A stretch of 40,727 nt of DNA from Eubacteriales bacterium (GTDB lineage Bacteria; Bacillota; Clostridia; Oscillospirales; CAG-272): positions 1-40,727 of the forward strand of contig JAZSKM010000057.1 in NCBI GenBank assembly GCA_045534835.1, read 5' to 3'. Positions within the stretch are counted from its first letter, which is position 1. Each line of letters opens with the position of its first letter. The notes beneath the pieces are model-generated. The model was not told the DNA's origin, searched no databases, and saw only the letters and a program-made list of their open reading frames with translations. A program made the translations under genes and the position numbers. Positions 26,405-34,365 of this stretch are shown piece by piece.

Positions 26405-27352
26405 ATGAAAAAACTCACAGCAATTATCCTTTCCGTTCTTCTCGCAGTTTCTGTACTTGCATTTGCAGGCTGCGGAGAAACAAATGACGGTACTTACAAT
26501 GTAGGTATTGTTCAGCTCGTTCAGCACGATGCTCTCGACCAGGCTACCGAAGGTTTTAAGGCTGCTCTTATCGAGAAGCTCGGTGACAAGGTTACTTTTG
26601 ATTACCAGAACGCATCCGGCGATGTAGCAACCTGCTCTACCATCGTTGATAAGTTCGTAACTAATAATGTGGACCTTATTATGGCTAACGCAACTCCTGC
26701 AGTTCAGGCTGCAAAAGAGGCTACCGCTACTATTCCCGTAGTTGGTACGTCGGTTACAGACTATGCGGCTTCTTCTCTCGTTGCATCAAACGAGGCTCCC
26801 GGCGGTAACATCACCGGTGTATCCGATATGAACGCGGTTACAAATCAGATGCAGCTTATCAAGACCTTTGCTCCTGATGCAAAGACTGTAGGTATTATCT
26901 ACTGCTCCGCAGAGGACAACTCCAAGATTCAGTTTGAGGAAGCTCGCGGTGTGTTCGAGACTGAGGGTTACACCGTTAACGGCTATGCTGTTGCTGATGT
27001 AAACGAGCTTGTTGCTGTTGTTGATGCGGCAGTTGCTGAAAACGATGTTTTCTATGAGCCTACCGATAACCTTGTTGCTGCTAATATGGAAGTTATCAAG
27101 AATGCGGCAGTTCCCGCAGGCAAGGTTGTTATCTGCGGTGAAGAGTCTATGTGTAATGCAGGCGGCGTTGCTTCCTACAGCGTTAACTACTACGACGTAG
27201 GTTATGAGGCAGGTCTTATGGCATACGAAATCCTTGTAAACGGTGCAAATCCGGCAGAAATGCCTATCAAGATTTTCACTGCTGACGAGCTTACTCTTAT
27301 CCAGAACGAGGACGTTATGGCTGAGATGGGCATTACTCCTATCGCAGAATAA
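26405..27352 (+). CDS. ABC transporter substrate-binding lipoprotein (ABC_sub_bind / COG2984-type, TrpX-like)
   Basis: It has a signal peptide with lipobox (LAFAG-C-G) and a YNVGIVQLVQHDALD start typical of this family. It is followed by the COG4120-like permease and the COG1101-like ATPase. Confidence 0.8.
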   Translation: MKKLTAIILSVLLAVSVLAFAGCGETNDGTYNVGIVQLVQHDALDQATEGFKAALIEKLGDKVTFDYQNASGDVATCSTIVDKFVTNNVDLIMANATPAVQAAKEATATIPVVGTSVTDYAASSLVASNEAPGGNITGVSDMNAVTNQMQLIKTFAPDAKTVGIIYCSAEDNSKIQFEEARGVFETEGYTVNGYAVADVNELVAVVDAAVAENDVFYEPTDNLVAANMEVIKNAAVPAGKVVICGEESMCNAGGVASYSVNYYDVGYEAGLMAYEILVNGANPAEMPIKIFTADELTLIQNEDVMAEMGITPIAE

Positions 27353-27368
27353 ATTATTTAAGCTAATA

Positions 27369-27405
27369 AAAAATTCATAAGGGGTTCTCCCCTTATGAAT
27401 TTTTG
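27369..27405 (+). terminator. hairpin/partial terminator after the binding-protein gene
   Basis: A 14-bp stem (aaattcataagggg / ccccttatgaattt) is followed by a T-run. Confidence 0.75.
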
Positions 27406-27422
27406 CGTATCACGAGGTTTTT

Positions 27423-28391
27423 ATGGATTTTCTGGTTTCGATGCTTAACAGTCTGCCCGGTGTTGCGGCAGAAGGCTTGTTTTATGGCATTTTCGCGCTC
27501 GGTGTGTTCATTACATACAAAATACTTGATGTTGCAGACCTTACCGTGGATGCATCTATCGTTACCGGTTGCGCGGTTACCGTTATTTGTATAAAATACG
27601 GTGTTCATCCGTTCTTTGCGGTTTTCATTGCCTTTGCGGCAGGTATGCTTGCAGGATGGCTGACGGGATTTTTCCACACTGTTCTTAAAATTCCTGCTAT
27701 TCTTGCAGGTATTCTTTCACAGTTTTCGCTGTATACTATCAATATGATTATTATGGGTGCGCAGGCATACCTTGAAAAGGACGGCACTAACCGCGCGCCT
27801 ATACCAATGTCGCCTACTGCTTATGCAAGCGTTTCGGACTTTCCGCTTATCGTTTCCTCGCGTGACAAGACCTCGGCGATGCTTGTCGGCTTTGCCTTTG
27901 TCGTGGCTATCATTGCACTGCTTTATTGGTTCTTCGGTACAGAGTTCGGTTGCTCGCTCCGTGCAACGGGTGCAAACCCCAAGATGGCGCGCGCGCAGGG
28001 TATCAATACCAATTTTGCAACCGTGTTCGGTCTTATGATATCCAACGGACTCGTAGCGATTGCGGGCGGCCTGCTTGCACAGTTTACGGGCGGTTCTAAC
28101 ATCACCTTTGGTGCAGGCGCAATCGTAATTGGACTTGCCTCCGTAGTTATCGGCGAGGTGCTTCACGGCGCTATTTTCAAAAAAGGCTCTAATTTTGCCG
28201 TGAAACTGATATTTGTAGTTGTCGGCTCTATAATCTATTCGCTTATCAAGCGTCTTGTTATAAACGCAGGTCTTGATACAAACTTCTTAAAGCTTATTTC
28301 CGCGGTTATCGTAGCTGTATTCCTTTCGGCTCCTAACCTTAAAGGAAATAAAGCGCATAAGAAAAAGAAGGAGGTAAAAGCAGATGCTTGA
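27423..28391 (+). CDS. ABC transporter permease (COG4120-type)
   Basis: 322 aa, polytopic, BPD_transp_2-like. It overlaps the downstream ATPase gene by 8 nt. Confidence 0.85.
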   Translation: MDFLVSMLNSLPGVAAEGLFYGIFALGVFITYKILDVADLTVDASIVTGCAVTVICIKYGVHPFFAVFIAFAAGMLAGWLTGFFHTVLKIPAILAGILSQFSLYTINMIIMGAQAYLEKDGTNRAPIPMSPTAYASVSDFPLIVSSRDKTSAMLVGFAFVVAIIALLYWFFGTEFGCSLRATGANPKMARAQGINTNFATVFGLMISNGLVAIAGGLLAQFTGGSNITFGAGAIVIGLASVVIGEVLHGAIFKKGSNFAVKLIFVVVGSIIYSLIKRLVINAGLDTNFLKLISAVIVAVFLSAPNLKGNKAHKKKKEVKADA

Positions 28392-29181
28392 ACTTAAGAA
28401 TATCTGTAAGACCTTCTACCCCGGCACAGTGAACGAGCGCGTTGCGCTTGACAATGTTTCGCTTACGCTTAATGACGGTGATGTTGTTACCGTTATCGGA
28501 GGCAACGGCGCCGGCAAATCGACACTTCTCAATATGATTTCGGGTACTCTCCCCGTTGATGACGGCTCTATCGTTATTGACGGTGTGGATATCACTCACT
28601 ACCCCGAGCATAAGCGTGCAAAGTTCCTCGGCAGAGTATTTCAGGACCCTATGACGGGTACTGCGGCTAGTATGGGCATTGACGAAAACCTTGCTCTTGC
28701 TTTCCGCCGCGGAAAGCGCCGCGGACTCGGATGGGGAATAACCAAGAAAGAGCGCGACGGTTATGCTGCAAAACTTGCCGAGTTCGGACTCGGACTTGAC
28801 AGCCGCATTACCGCAAAGGTTGGTCTTCTTTCCGGCGGTCAGCGTCAGGTGCTTACTCTGCTTATGGCAACCTTGAAACAGCCGAAGCTTTTGCTTCTTG
28901 ACGAGCATACAGCGGCGCTTGACCCCAAGACTGCAAAGCTTGTGCTTGAGGCAACCGACAAGATAATCAAGGAAAACAAGCTCTCTGCCATTATGATTAC
29001 TCATAATATGAATGACGCTATCACCTACGGCAACCGCCTTATTATGATGATGGACGGCAGAATTATATATGATGTATCGGGAGAGGAAAAGTCAAAGCTT
29101 ACCGTTCCGGACCTGCTTGCCAAGTTCAGCGAGCATTCGGGCGGCGGATTTGCTAATGACAGAATGATGCTCAGTAAATAA
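28384..29181 (+). CDS. ABC transporter ATP-binding protein (COG1101-type)
   Basis: Walker A GGNGAGKST, signature LSGGQRQVLTLLMA, Walker B LLLLDEHTAALD, H-loop ITHN. Confidence 0.9.
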   Translation: MLELKNICKTFYPGTVNERVALDNVSLTLNDGDVVTVIGGNGAGKSTLLNMISGTLPVDDGSIVIDGVDITHYPEHKRAKFLGRVFQDPMTGTAASMGIDENLALAFRRGKRRGLGWGITKKERDGYAAKLAEFGLGLDSRITAKVGLLSGGQRQVLTLLMATLKQPKLLLLDEHTAALDPKTAKLVLEATDKIIKENKLSAIMITHNMNDAITYGNRLIMMMDGRIIYDVSGEEKSKLTVPDLLAKFSEHSGGGFANDRMMLSK

Positions 29182-29187
29182 CAGAAG

Positions 29188-29216
29188 ATGCACTGCGTAG
29201 GCAGTGCATTTTTTGT
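29188..29216 (+). terminator. rho-independent terminator after the ABC operon
   Basis: Stem atgcactgc / gcagtgcat with a gtag loop and a 7-T run. Confidence 0.85.
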
Positions 29217-29226
29217 TATTTTTGTA

Positions 29227-29255
29227 TTGACTTTTTGCATTGTCAAGCATATAAT
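29227..29255 (+). promoter_or_regulatory. candidate sigma-A promoter
   Basis: TTGACT, a 17-nt spacer, then TATAAT, immediately downstream of the terminator. Confidence 0.7.
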
Positions 29256-29322
29256 GATTATATCTAATATTATGTCAAAATATACCCTGCGAGAGAAATG
29301 CAGGGGATTTGGGAGAAAAACG

Positions 29323-30204
29323 GTGAATACGCAAAATGCGCCAAAATGCAAAAAGCATCGCGGGCTGAAGACCTTTTTGACCGTCATATGTGTACTGCTT
29401 GTCGTTCTTTGCGCGGTTGCATACATTTTTAAAGATGAGATTTCTTTTATTTACTCTGGTATGACCTCATCCGAAGAAGCGCTTGCTTCGCGTGAAGAAG
29501 AAAATGATAGAAAAACTAATGAGCTTCTCGGTCAGATAGCCGAGGTTACTATGCGTGACCTTACGGATGAAGAGAGAAAACTGCTGGCAGACGGTGTGCT
29601 TTCATACGAGGATGCGCTTGCGCTTATTATGGGTGAGCCACACGAGCCCGCTGTAACTAATACCGGTGCCGAAGTGACAGAGGCACCTGATGTGACAGGC
29701 GAGGTCGCAGAGGCACCTGATGTTACGGTCGAGGTGACACAGACCGCTGAGATTACAGAGAGAACAGAGCCGGTCGTGCAGACGACTGTAGCCACCACGA
29801 AGGAAACATCTGATATCGTTACCGATTCTTTGGATGTTGAAAAATATCAAAATAGGATCAACGAAATAATCGCAGAGATATATCTGCTTCGCGCAACCTA
29901 TCTTAATAAAATTGATGAGCTTATTTCGAGTACGAAAAAAGAGTATTCTGCATTACCCAAAGAGCAGCATACCCTCTCTACAAAGCTCAGGATGGTTGAG
30001 AAGAAAGTTATGCCGGCAGGCAACGCGCTCGAAAAGGAGTGCGATGCCAGTATGAATATATTGCTTGATGAGCTTAAAGATATTCTGAAAATTATCGGCA
30101 GCGGTACTGATATAATCAAAGAGATAGAAAAGACCTATGCTGAGCAAAAGGAAATCAAAAAGGCAGAGCTAATCAGTAAATATATGCCTCGGATTAATAA
30201 ATAA
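29323..30204 (+). CDS. membrane-anchored protein with a short tandem-repeat linker and a helical C-terminal domain, unknown function
   Basis: I chose GTG 29323 because GGGAGA lies 6 nt upstream. ATG 29272 is an alternative start. The track start at 29188 lies inside the upstream terminator and promoter. The protein has one TM helix (LKTFLTVICVLLVVLCAVAYIF), three 10-aa repeats (EVTEAPDVTG/EVAEAPDVTV/EVTQTAEITE), and a K/E-rich helical C-terminus. Confidence 0.65.
   Translation: MNTQNAPKCKKHRGLKTFLTVICVLLVVLCAVAYIFKDEISFIYSGMTSSEEALASREEENDRKTNELLGQIAEVTMRDLTDEERKLLADGVLSYEDALALIMGEPHEPAVTNTGAEVTEAPDVTGEVAEAPDVTVEVTQTAEITERTEPVVQTTVATTKETSDIVTDSLDVEKYQNRINEIIAEIYLLRATYLNKIDELISSTKKEYSALPKEQHTLSTKLRMVEKKVMPAGNALEKECDASMNILLDELKDILKIIGSGTDIIKEIEKTYAEQKEIKKAELISKYMPRINK
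29671..29760 (+). repeat. three codon-aligned imperfect 30-bp tandem repeats inside the CDS
   Basis: Units at 29671-29700, 29701-29730 and 29731-29760. The first two share the core gaggcacctgatgt. Confidence 0.8.
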
Positions 30205-30232
30205 AAATTTTTACATATAAGGAAGAAAAGTT

Positions 30233-31948
30233 ATGAAAAAGAGAATTTTCACAATACTTATGGCAATTCTTATCACGGTAGCCCTCGTTCCTTGCGTATT
30301 GGCGGTAGATATTCCCAGCAGTATTGCGCGCCCAAACGATGAGGTTTTGGTTGCAGGTGCTACTAAAATTCAGGTGCGCAAAAGTACCGATGCCGATTGG
30401 GATGGCTCTGATCATGAGTTAGAGCTTACCGAGGCGGAAATGGCGGGTACAGTTGATTTCCGTTGCACTCTTGATACAGATATTATCAAAGCGGCTATTA
30501 CCAATCCCGTGAATGGTTGGTATGAGTACGGCCTTGAGCTTGGCAAGTGGGCTTACGGTAACGAGAGCGATGCTGTTGATATGATGCGTGTCTGGAACGT
30601 TAAGGGACAGTTCACCGTCAAAATCACCTATCCTAACACTCTCGATATTCCCGATGAGTACACTGCTGATTCTAAGAGTATGTACGGATTTAATGATAAC
30701 GCAAAGGAACTCTTTGAGGAAACCGAAAGAACTGTTGTCGTTGGTGAAGAGGATACGGTTCTCACTATTAAAATTGCTATCAAGGATGTTGATAATGACG
30801 GCAAGGATGGTATCGCAGAGCAGTCACTTTACGAGGGCATAAAAGACGGAACATATCTTAATGAGCTTACCTTCACCGTTGAAGGAGTTAACACAGGCGT
30901 GTTTACCGAGCCTCTTACCGTTACCGGCGAAATGGTAAAGAGCGGAAGCTTTACTGATATCCAAATAGGCAAAACTAATGAAAACGATGACAAGGTATAT
31001 TTCTATACAAATGAACTTTCCGCTACTCTTAACCCTAAGGATGATGATGTTACACCCGGCGGAGTCGTTACCAGAAACTATAAGGTTACCTTTAATGTAG
31101 ACGGAGATACCTCCTTGCTCAACCCGATTTATACCTCGGGCACTGTTAAGCTCTCCAAGCTTCCCACTCCCGAAAAGGTTGGCTACAAGTTTGACGGTTG
31201 GTATCTTGACAGCGAGATGACTCAGAAGGTAACAGAGGATTTTAAGATCAGCAAGAACATCGTGCTTTACGGTCATATGACAAGCGATATCGTTAATACC
31301 GAAGACCACTTTGCATATGTTATCGGTTATCCCGATGAAACTGTACGTCCTCTCAGAAACATCACCCGTGAAGAGGTAGCTATGATATTCTACCGCCTGC
31401 TCCGTGATGATGTTCGCGACAGTCTCCGCGTAAGCACCAATGACTTTACCGATGTGGCTGACGACAGATGGTCTAATGTTGCTATTTCCACTATGGCAAA
31501 CGGTGACTTTATCCTTGGCTATCCTGACGGTACTTTCGGTCCCGAAAAGCCTATTACCCGTGCGGAGTTTGCGACTATTGCAACCCGTTTTGCAAGTCTT
31601 CTTGATGAGAGCGGCGCTACTTTCAGTGACATTGATACTCACTGGTCTAAGCCCTACGTTCTTAGAGCGGCTACCGCAGGCTGGATTGCCGGCTATCCCG
31701 ACGGAACATTCCTTCCCGAACAGCCTATCACCCGTGCTGAGGCTATGACCATTATCAACCGCGTACTTATGCGCAGCGTTAACAAGGAAGGTCTCCACGC
31801 TGATGCTACCCTCTGGATCGATATGAAGGGCGATGAGTGGTACTACTACATCGTGCTTGAAGCAACCAATTCTCATGACTATGCTCGTCAGGCGGACGGC
31901 ATCAACGAGAACTGGACCGAGATCGTTCCTAACAAGACTTGGGACTGA
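30233..31948 (+). CDS. secreted cell-surface protein with a Listeria-Bacteroides-type repeat and three C-terminal SLH domains
   Basis: It has a signal peptide (MKKRIFTILMAILITVALVPCVLA) and a KVGYKFDGWYLD motif (Flg_new-like repeat). Three SLH-like repeats follow: VIGYPDETVRP...ITREEVA, ILGYPDGTFGPEKPITRAEFA and IAGYPDGTFLPEQPITRAEAM. Confidence 0.85.
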   Translation: MKKRIFTILMAILITVALVPCVLAVDIPSSIARPNDEVLVAGATKIQVRKSTDADWDGSDHELELTEAEMAGTVDFRCTLDTDIIKAAITNPVNGWYEYGLELGKWAYGNESDAVDMMRVWNVKGQFTVKITYPNTLDIPDEYTADSKSMYGFNDNAKELFEETERTVVVGEEDTVLTIKIAIKDVDNDGKDGIAEQSLYEGIKDGTYLNELTFTVEGVNTGVFTEPLTVTGEMVKSGSFTDIQIGKTNENDDKVYFYTNELSATLNPKDDDVTPGGVVTRNYKVTFNVDGDTSLLNPIYTSGTVKLSKLPTPEKVGYKFDGWYLDSEMTQKVTEDFKISKNIVLYGHMTSDIVNTEDHFAYVIGYPDETVRPLRNITREEVAMIFYRLLRDDVRDSLRVSTNDFTDVADDRWSNVAISTMANGDFILGYPDGTFGPEKPITRAEFATIATRFASLLDESGATFSDIDTHWSKPYVLRAATAGWIAGYPDGTFLPEQPITRAEAMTIINRVLMRSVNKEGLHADATLWIDMKGDEWYYYIVLEATNSHDYARQADGINENWTEIVPNKTWD

Positions 31949-31975
31949 TGAGTTAAAAAACATCGCTTCGATTTT

Positions 31976-32013
31976 AAAATCACCAAGCTCGAAAGAGCTT
32001 GGTGATTTTTTTT
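31976..32013 (+). terminator. rho-independent terminator after the SLH gene
   Basis: 15-bp stem aaaatcaccaagctc / gagcttggtgatttt with a gaaa loop and an 8-T run. Confidence 0.9.
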
Positions 32014-32202
32014 AGTTTGTGGGATTGCAGTATAAATTAGAGTTTTAATCACTTCAAAGTCCCAAGGGACTCTGAAGTGGTAGCAAAACCGTTCGCTCGC
32101 GCCACGCTCTGCCGCGTGCGGTTTTTAAGGAGTTTGAAAGCCGGCGCATGTCCGTCTTTCAAACGATATTTTAATCGTATAAACTATAATTTATCTTTTT
32201 AT

Positions 32203-32228
32203 TGCCGCCGAAAGGCGGCTATTTTTTT
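32203..32228 (+). terminator. short GC hairpin plus T-run upstream of the phage module
   Basis: gccgcc gaaa ggcggc followed by tattttttt. Confidence 0.5.
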
Positions 32229-32345
32229 GCAATTTTTTTAAAACTTGCCGATTTCACCCGTTTTTCATATGCAAAATAGAAGATGCGGTAGGGCAGTGGC
32301 GATGTCGACTAAGCTATGTCATTTACCGTGAAAGGAGGAAGAAAA

Positions 32346-32654
32346 GTGAAGGAAGGAAACGAAAAGATCGCAAGTGAAAGCGAAGTGCTCGAAAAGCTCA
32401 CCGAAATTCTAAGAAGAAGCGAAACCGAGGACACGGTAGTTAAAATGCGGGATGAAGTAAAGACTACCGCAGAAGACGGCAGAACTGTCTTAGAGAGAAG
32501 TGAGCATATCGAGGTCGCGAAGCTCCGTCCGAAAATAACTGATGTAATACGCGCAGCCGAGCTTATCGGAAAGTATCACGGTATGTTCAGTGAAAATCTG
32601 ACGGGAAGCATTGCACTTCCGCTTATCATCTGCGGCGAAGATGAGCTGAAGTGA
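32346..32654 (+). CDS. terS: phage terminase small subunit (putative)
   Basis: About 102 aa. GTG 32346 has AAAGGAGGA upstream; the track start is 32316. The C-terminal AAELIGKYHGMF resembles the conserved L.GK..GMF block of small terminases. A GTGA overlap joins it to terL. Confidence 0.55.
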   Translation: MKEGNEKIASESEVLEKLTEILRRSETEDTVVKMRDEVKTTAEDGRTVLERSEHIEVAKLRPKITDVIRAAELIGKYHGMFSENLTGSIALPLIICGEDELK

Positions 32655-33985
32655 ATGATGCGCTCTATCTGCCTGACATAGTCGGCGGCGGCTATGCGGA
32701 TTTCTGGCATACAAGAGCGCGCTACCGTGTGGTCAAGGGCTCGCGCGCATCAAAAAAGAGCAAGACTGCCGCACTCTGGTACATATATCACCTGCTCAAA
32801 TACCCTGATGCGAACCTTATCGTAGTGAGAAGGACATATCGCACACTTGAACGCTCGGCATACACCGAGCTTCGCTGGGCGATAAACCGTCTTGGTGCCG
32901 AAAAATACTTCGAATTCAAAACCTCACCTCTTGAGATACGCATAAAGGAAACGGGGCAAAAGATCTTCTTTCAAGGTCTGGACGATCCGCTCAAGCTGAC
33001 TTCGCTTACCGTTTCCCGCGGCGTGCTTTGCTGGATGTGGATTGAAGAGGCATACGAGGTGGACAGCGAGGATGCCTTTAATACGCTTGATGAAAGTATC
33101 CGCGGCGAGGTGCCGAGCGGACTCTTTAAGCAGATAACGCTCACCTTTAACCCGTGGAGTGAAAACCATTGGATGAAAAAGCGGTTTTTCGACCGTGCGA
33201 GTCCCGATGTTTTTACTATGACCGTAAACTACAAGGTCAACGAGTGGCTTGACGATGCGGACAGGCGTATGTTTGAGGATATGCGCCTGCGCGATCCCGA
33301 GAGATACCGCGTGAGCGGTCTTGGCGAGTGGGGAGTCGGTGGAGGGCAGTTCTTTTCCGAGTTCACTTCGCTGACTCATATTGTTCCTGCAATGCCGATT
33401 GCATGCGGAGCGCGTATTTACAGAACTATAGACTACGGTCTTGATGCTCTTGCCTGCCTTTTTATTGCAGTTGACTCACTTGGGTATGCTACGGTTTTTA
33501 AAGAGGTTTATGCGCACGACCTTATAGTTTCCGCGGCGGCAGCCGAGATACTTGAGGCAAGTCGCGGTATGGACGTTTACTGCACCTTTGCTCCTCCGGA
33601 CCTTTGGGCGAGGCAAAAGGATAGCGGAAAGAGTATTGCTATGCTGTTTTCTCAGTACGGCGTTCCGCTTACCGCCTCCGACAACAACCGTGTAGGCGGA
33701 TGGATGGCGCTTAAGGAATGGTTTAAGGTGCTGCCAGACGAAACGGGCGGCAAGTCGCCGCGCCTTCGGATAAGCGCCGCGTGCGAAAATCTCATTCGCT
33801 GTCTGCCGTCGCTTATCGGCGATAAAAAAAGGGCAGGCGACTGCCTGACCGAGCCGCACGAGATAACACATCTCCCTGATGCACTTCGCTATTTTGCGGT
33901 TATGCAGACGGGTACGCCGCAGAGAAAAAACACCCCGAAAATAACCGATTTTACAGGCAAAAGCCGACGTAAAATGAGATTTTGA
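32651..33985 (+). CDS. terL: phage terminase large subunit (PBSX/Terminase_3-like)
   Basis: YRVVKGSRASKKSKT is a Walker A-like block in the position typical of the PBSX family. CWMWIEEA is the Walker B/catalytic Glu. A C-terminal nuclease-type region contains IDYGLD. Confidence 0.85.
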   Translation: MNDALYLPDIVGGGYADFWHTRARYRVVKGSRASKKSKTAALWYIYHLLKYPDANLIVVRRTYRTLERSAYTELRWAINRLGAEKYFEFKTSPLEIRIKETGQKIFFQGLDDPLKLTSLTVSRGVLCWMWIEEAYEVDSEDAFNTLDESIRGEVPSGLFKQITLTFNPWSENHWMKKRFFDRASPDVFTMTVNYKVNEWLDDADRRMFEDMRLRDPERYRVSGLGEWGVGGGQFFSEFTSLTHIVPAMPIACGARIYRTIDYGLDALACLFIAVDSLGYATVFKEVYAHDLIVSAAAAEILEASRGMDVYCTFAPPDLWARQKDSGKSIAMLFSQYGVPLTASDNNRVGGWMALKEWFKVLPDETGGKSPRLRISAACENLIRCLPSLIGDKKRAGDCLTEPHEITHLPDALRYFAVMQTGTPQRKNTPKITDFTGKSRRKMRF

Positions 33986-34006
33986 TTTTGAGAAAGAATA
34001 GGTATT

Positions 34007-34186
34007 ATGAAACAGATAACGATTAAAGCGGCAAAGCATATTTGCTCGGTTCCCGCGTGCAAAAACACAGCGACCTTTAAGGTTTCGGGCAGCCCGAATC
34101 TCCTCGGCGGATTTTACATCTGCGGCGACTGCGCTACCGAGATAGCGCGGCTTGTAAAGCCAAAAAAGGGAGCGAAAGCGCAGTGA
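34007..34186 (+). CDS. small zinc-ribbon protein (59 aa), not in the ORF track
   Basis: My own translation is MKQITIKAAKHICSVPACKNTATFKVSGSPNLLGGFYICGDCATEIARLVKPKKGAKAQ. It has two Cys pairs (CSVPAC and CGDC) and fills the terL-portal gap in the same orientation. Confidence 0.5.
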   Translation: MKQITIKAAKHICSVPACKNTATFKVSGSPNLLGGFYICGDCATEIARLVKPKKGAKAQ

Positions 34187-34365
34187 CGGTAGCACTTATT
34201 GTCCTTTGCACCGCTATATTTTGCTTGGAGTTTCGGAGCATCCGTATGCTTAAGGGACTGAAGGAAACGGCACCCTGCACGTGTGATACAAAGCAAAAGA
34301 AAAAACTGCGGCACCTTTCTCCGCATCGCCGCGCTATAGACCAGAAAAGGAGAACTAACCGATGA
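34183..34365 (+). CDS. small hydrophobic/basic protein (60 aa), hypothetical
   Basis: The GTG start overlaps the stop of the previous small ORF by 4 nt, and its own stop overlaps the portal ATG (ATGA). It has one N-terminal hydrophobic helix and a basic tail. Confidence 0.35.
   Translation: MTVALIVLCTAIFCLEFRSIRMLKGLKETAPCTCDTKQKKKLRHLSPHRRAIDQKRRTNR

Noticed and set aside
29188-29322. The N-terminal 45 codons of the track ORF 29188-30204.
   Set aside because: This stretch coincides with the terminator of the upstream ABC operon (29188-29216) and with a TTGACT-17-TATAAT promoter (29227-29255). Translation must therefore start downstream.
30824-31963. A 379-aa minus-strand ORF antisense to the SLH protein gene.
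   Set aside because: The plus strand encodes a signal peptide and three clear SLH repeats. The minus-strand ORF runs through the bidirectional-looking terminator region and has no SD.
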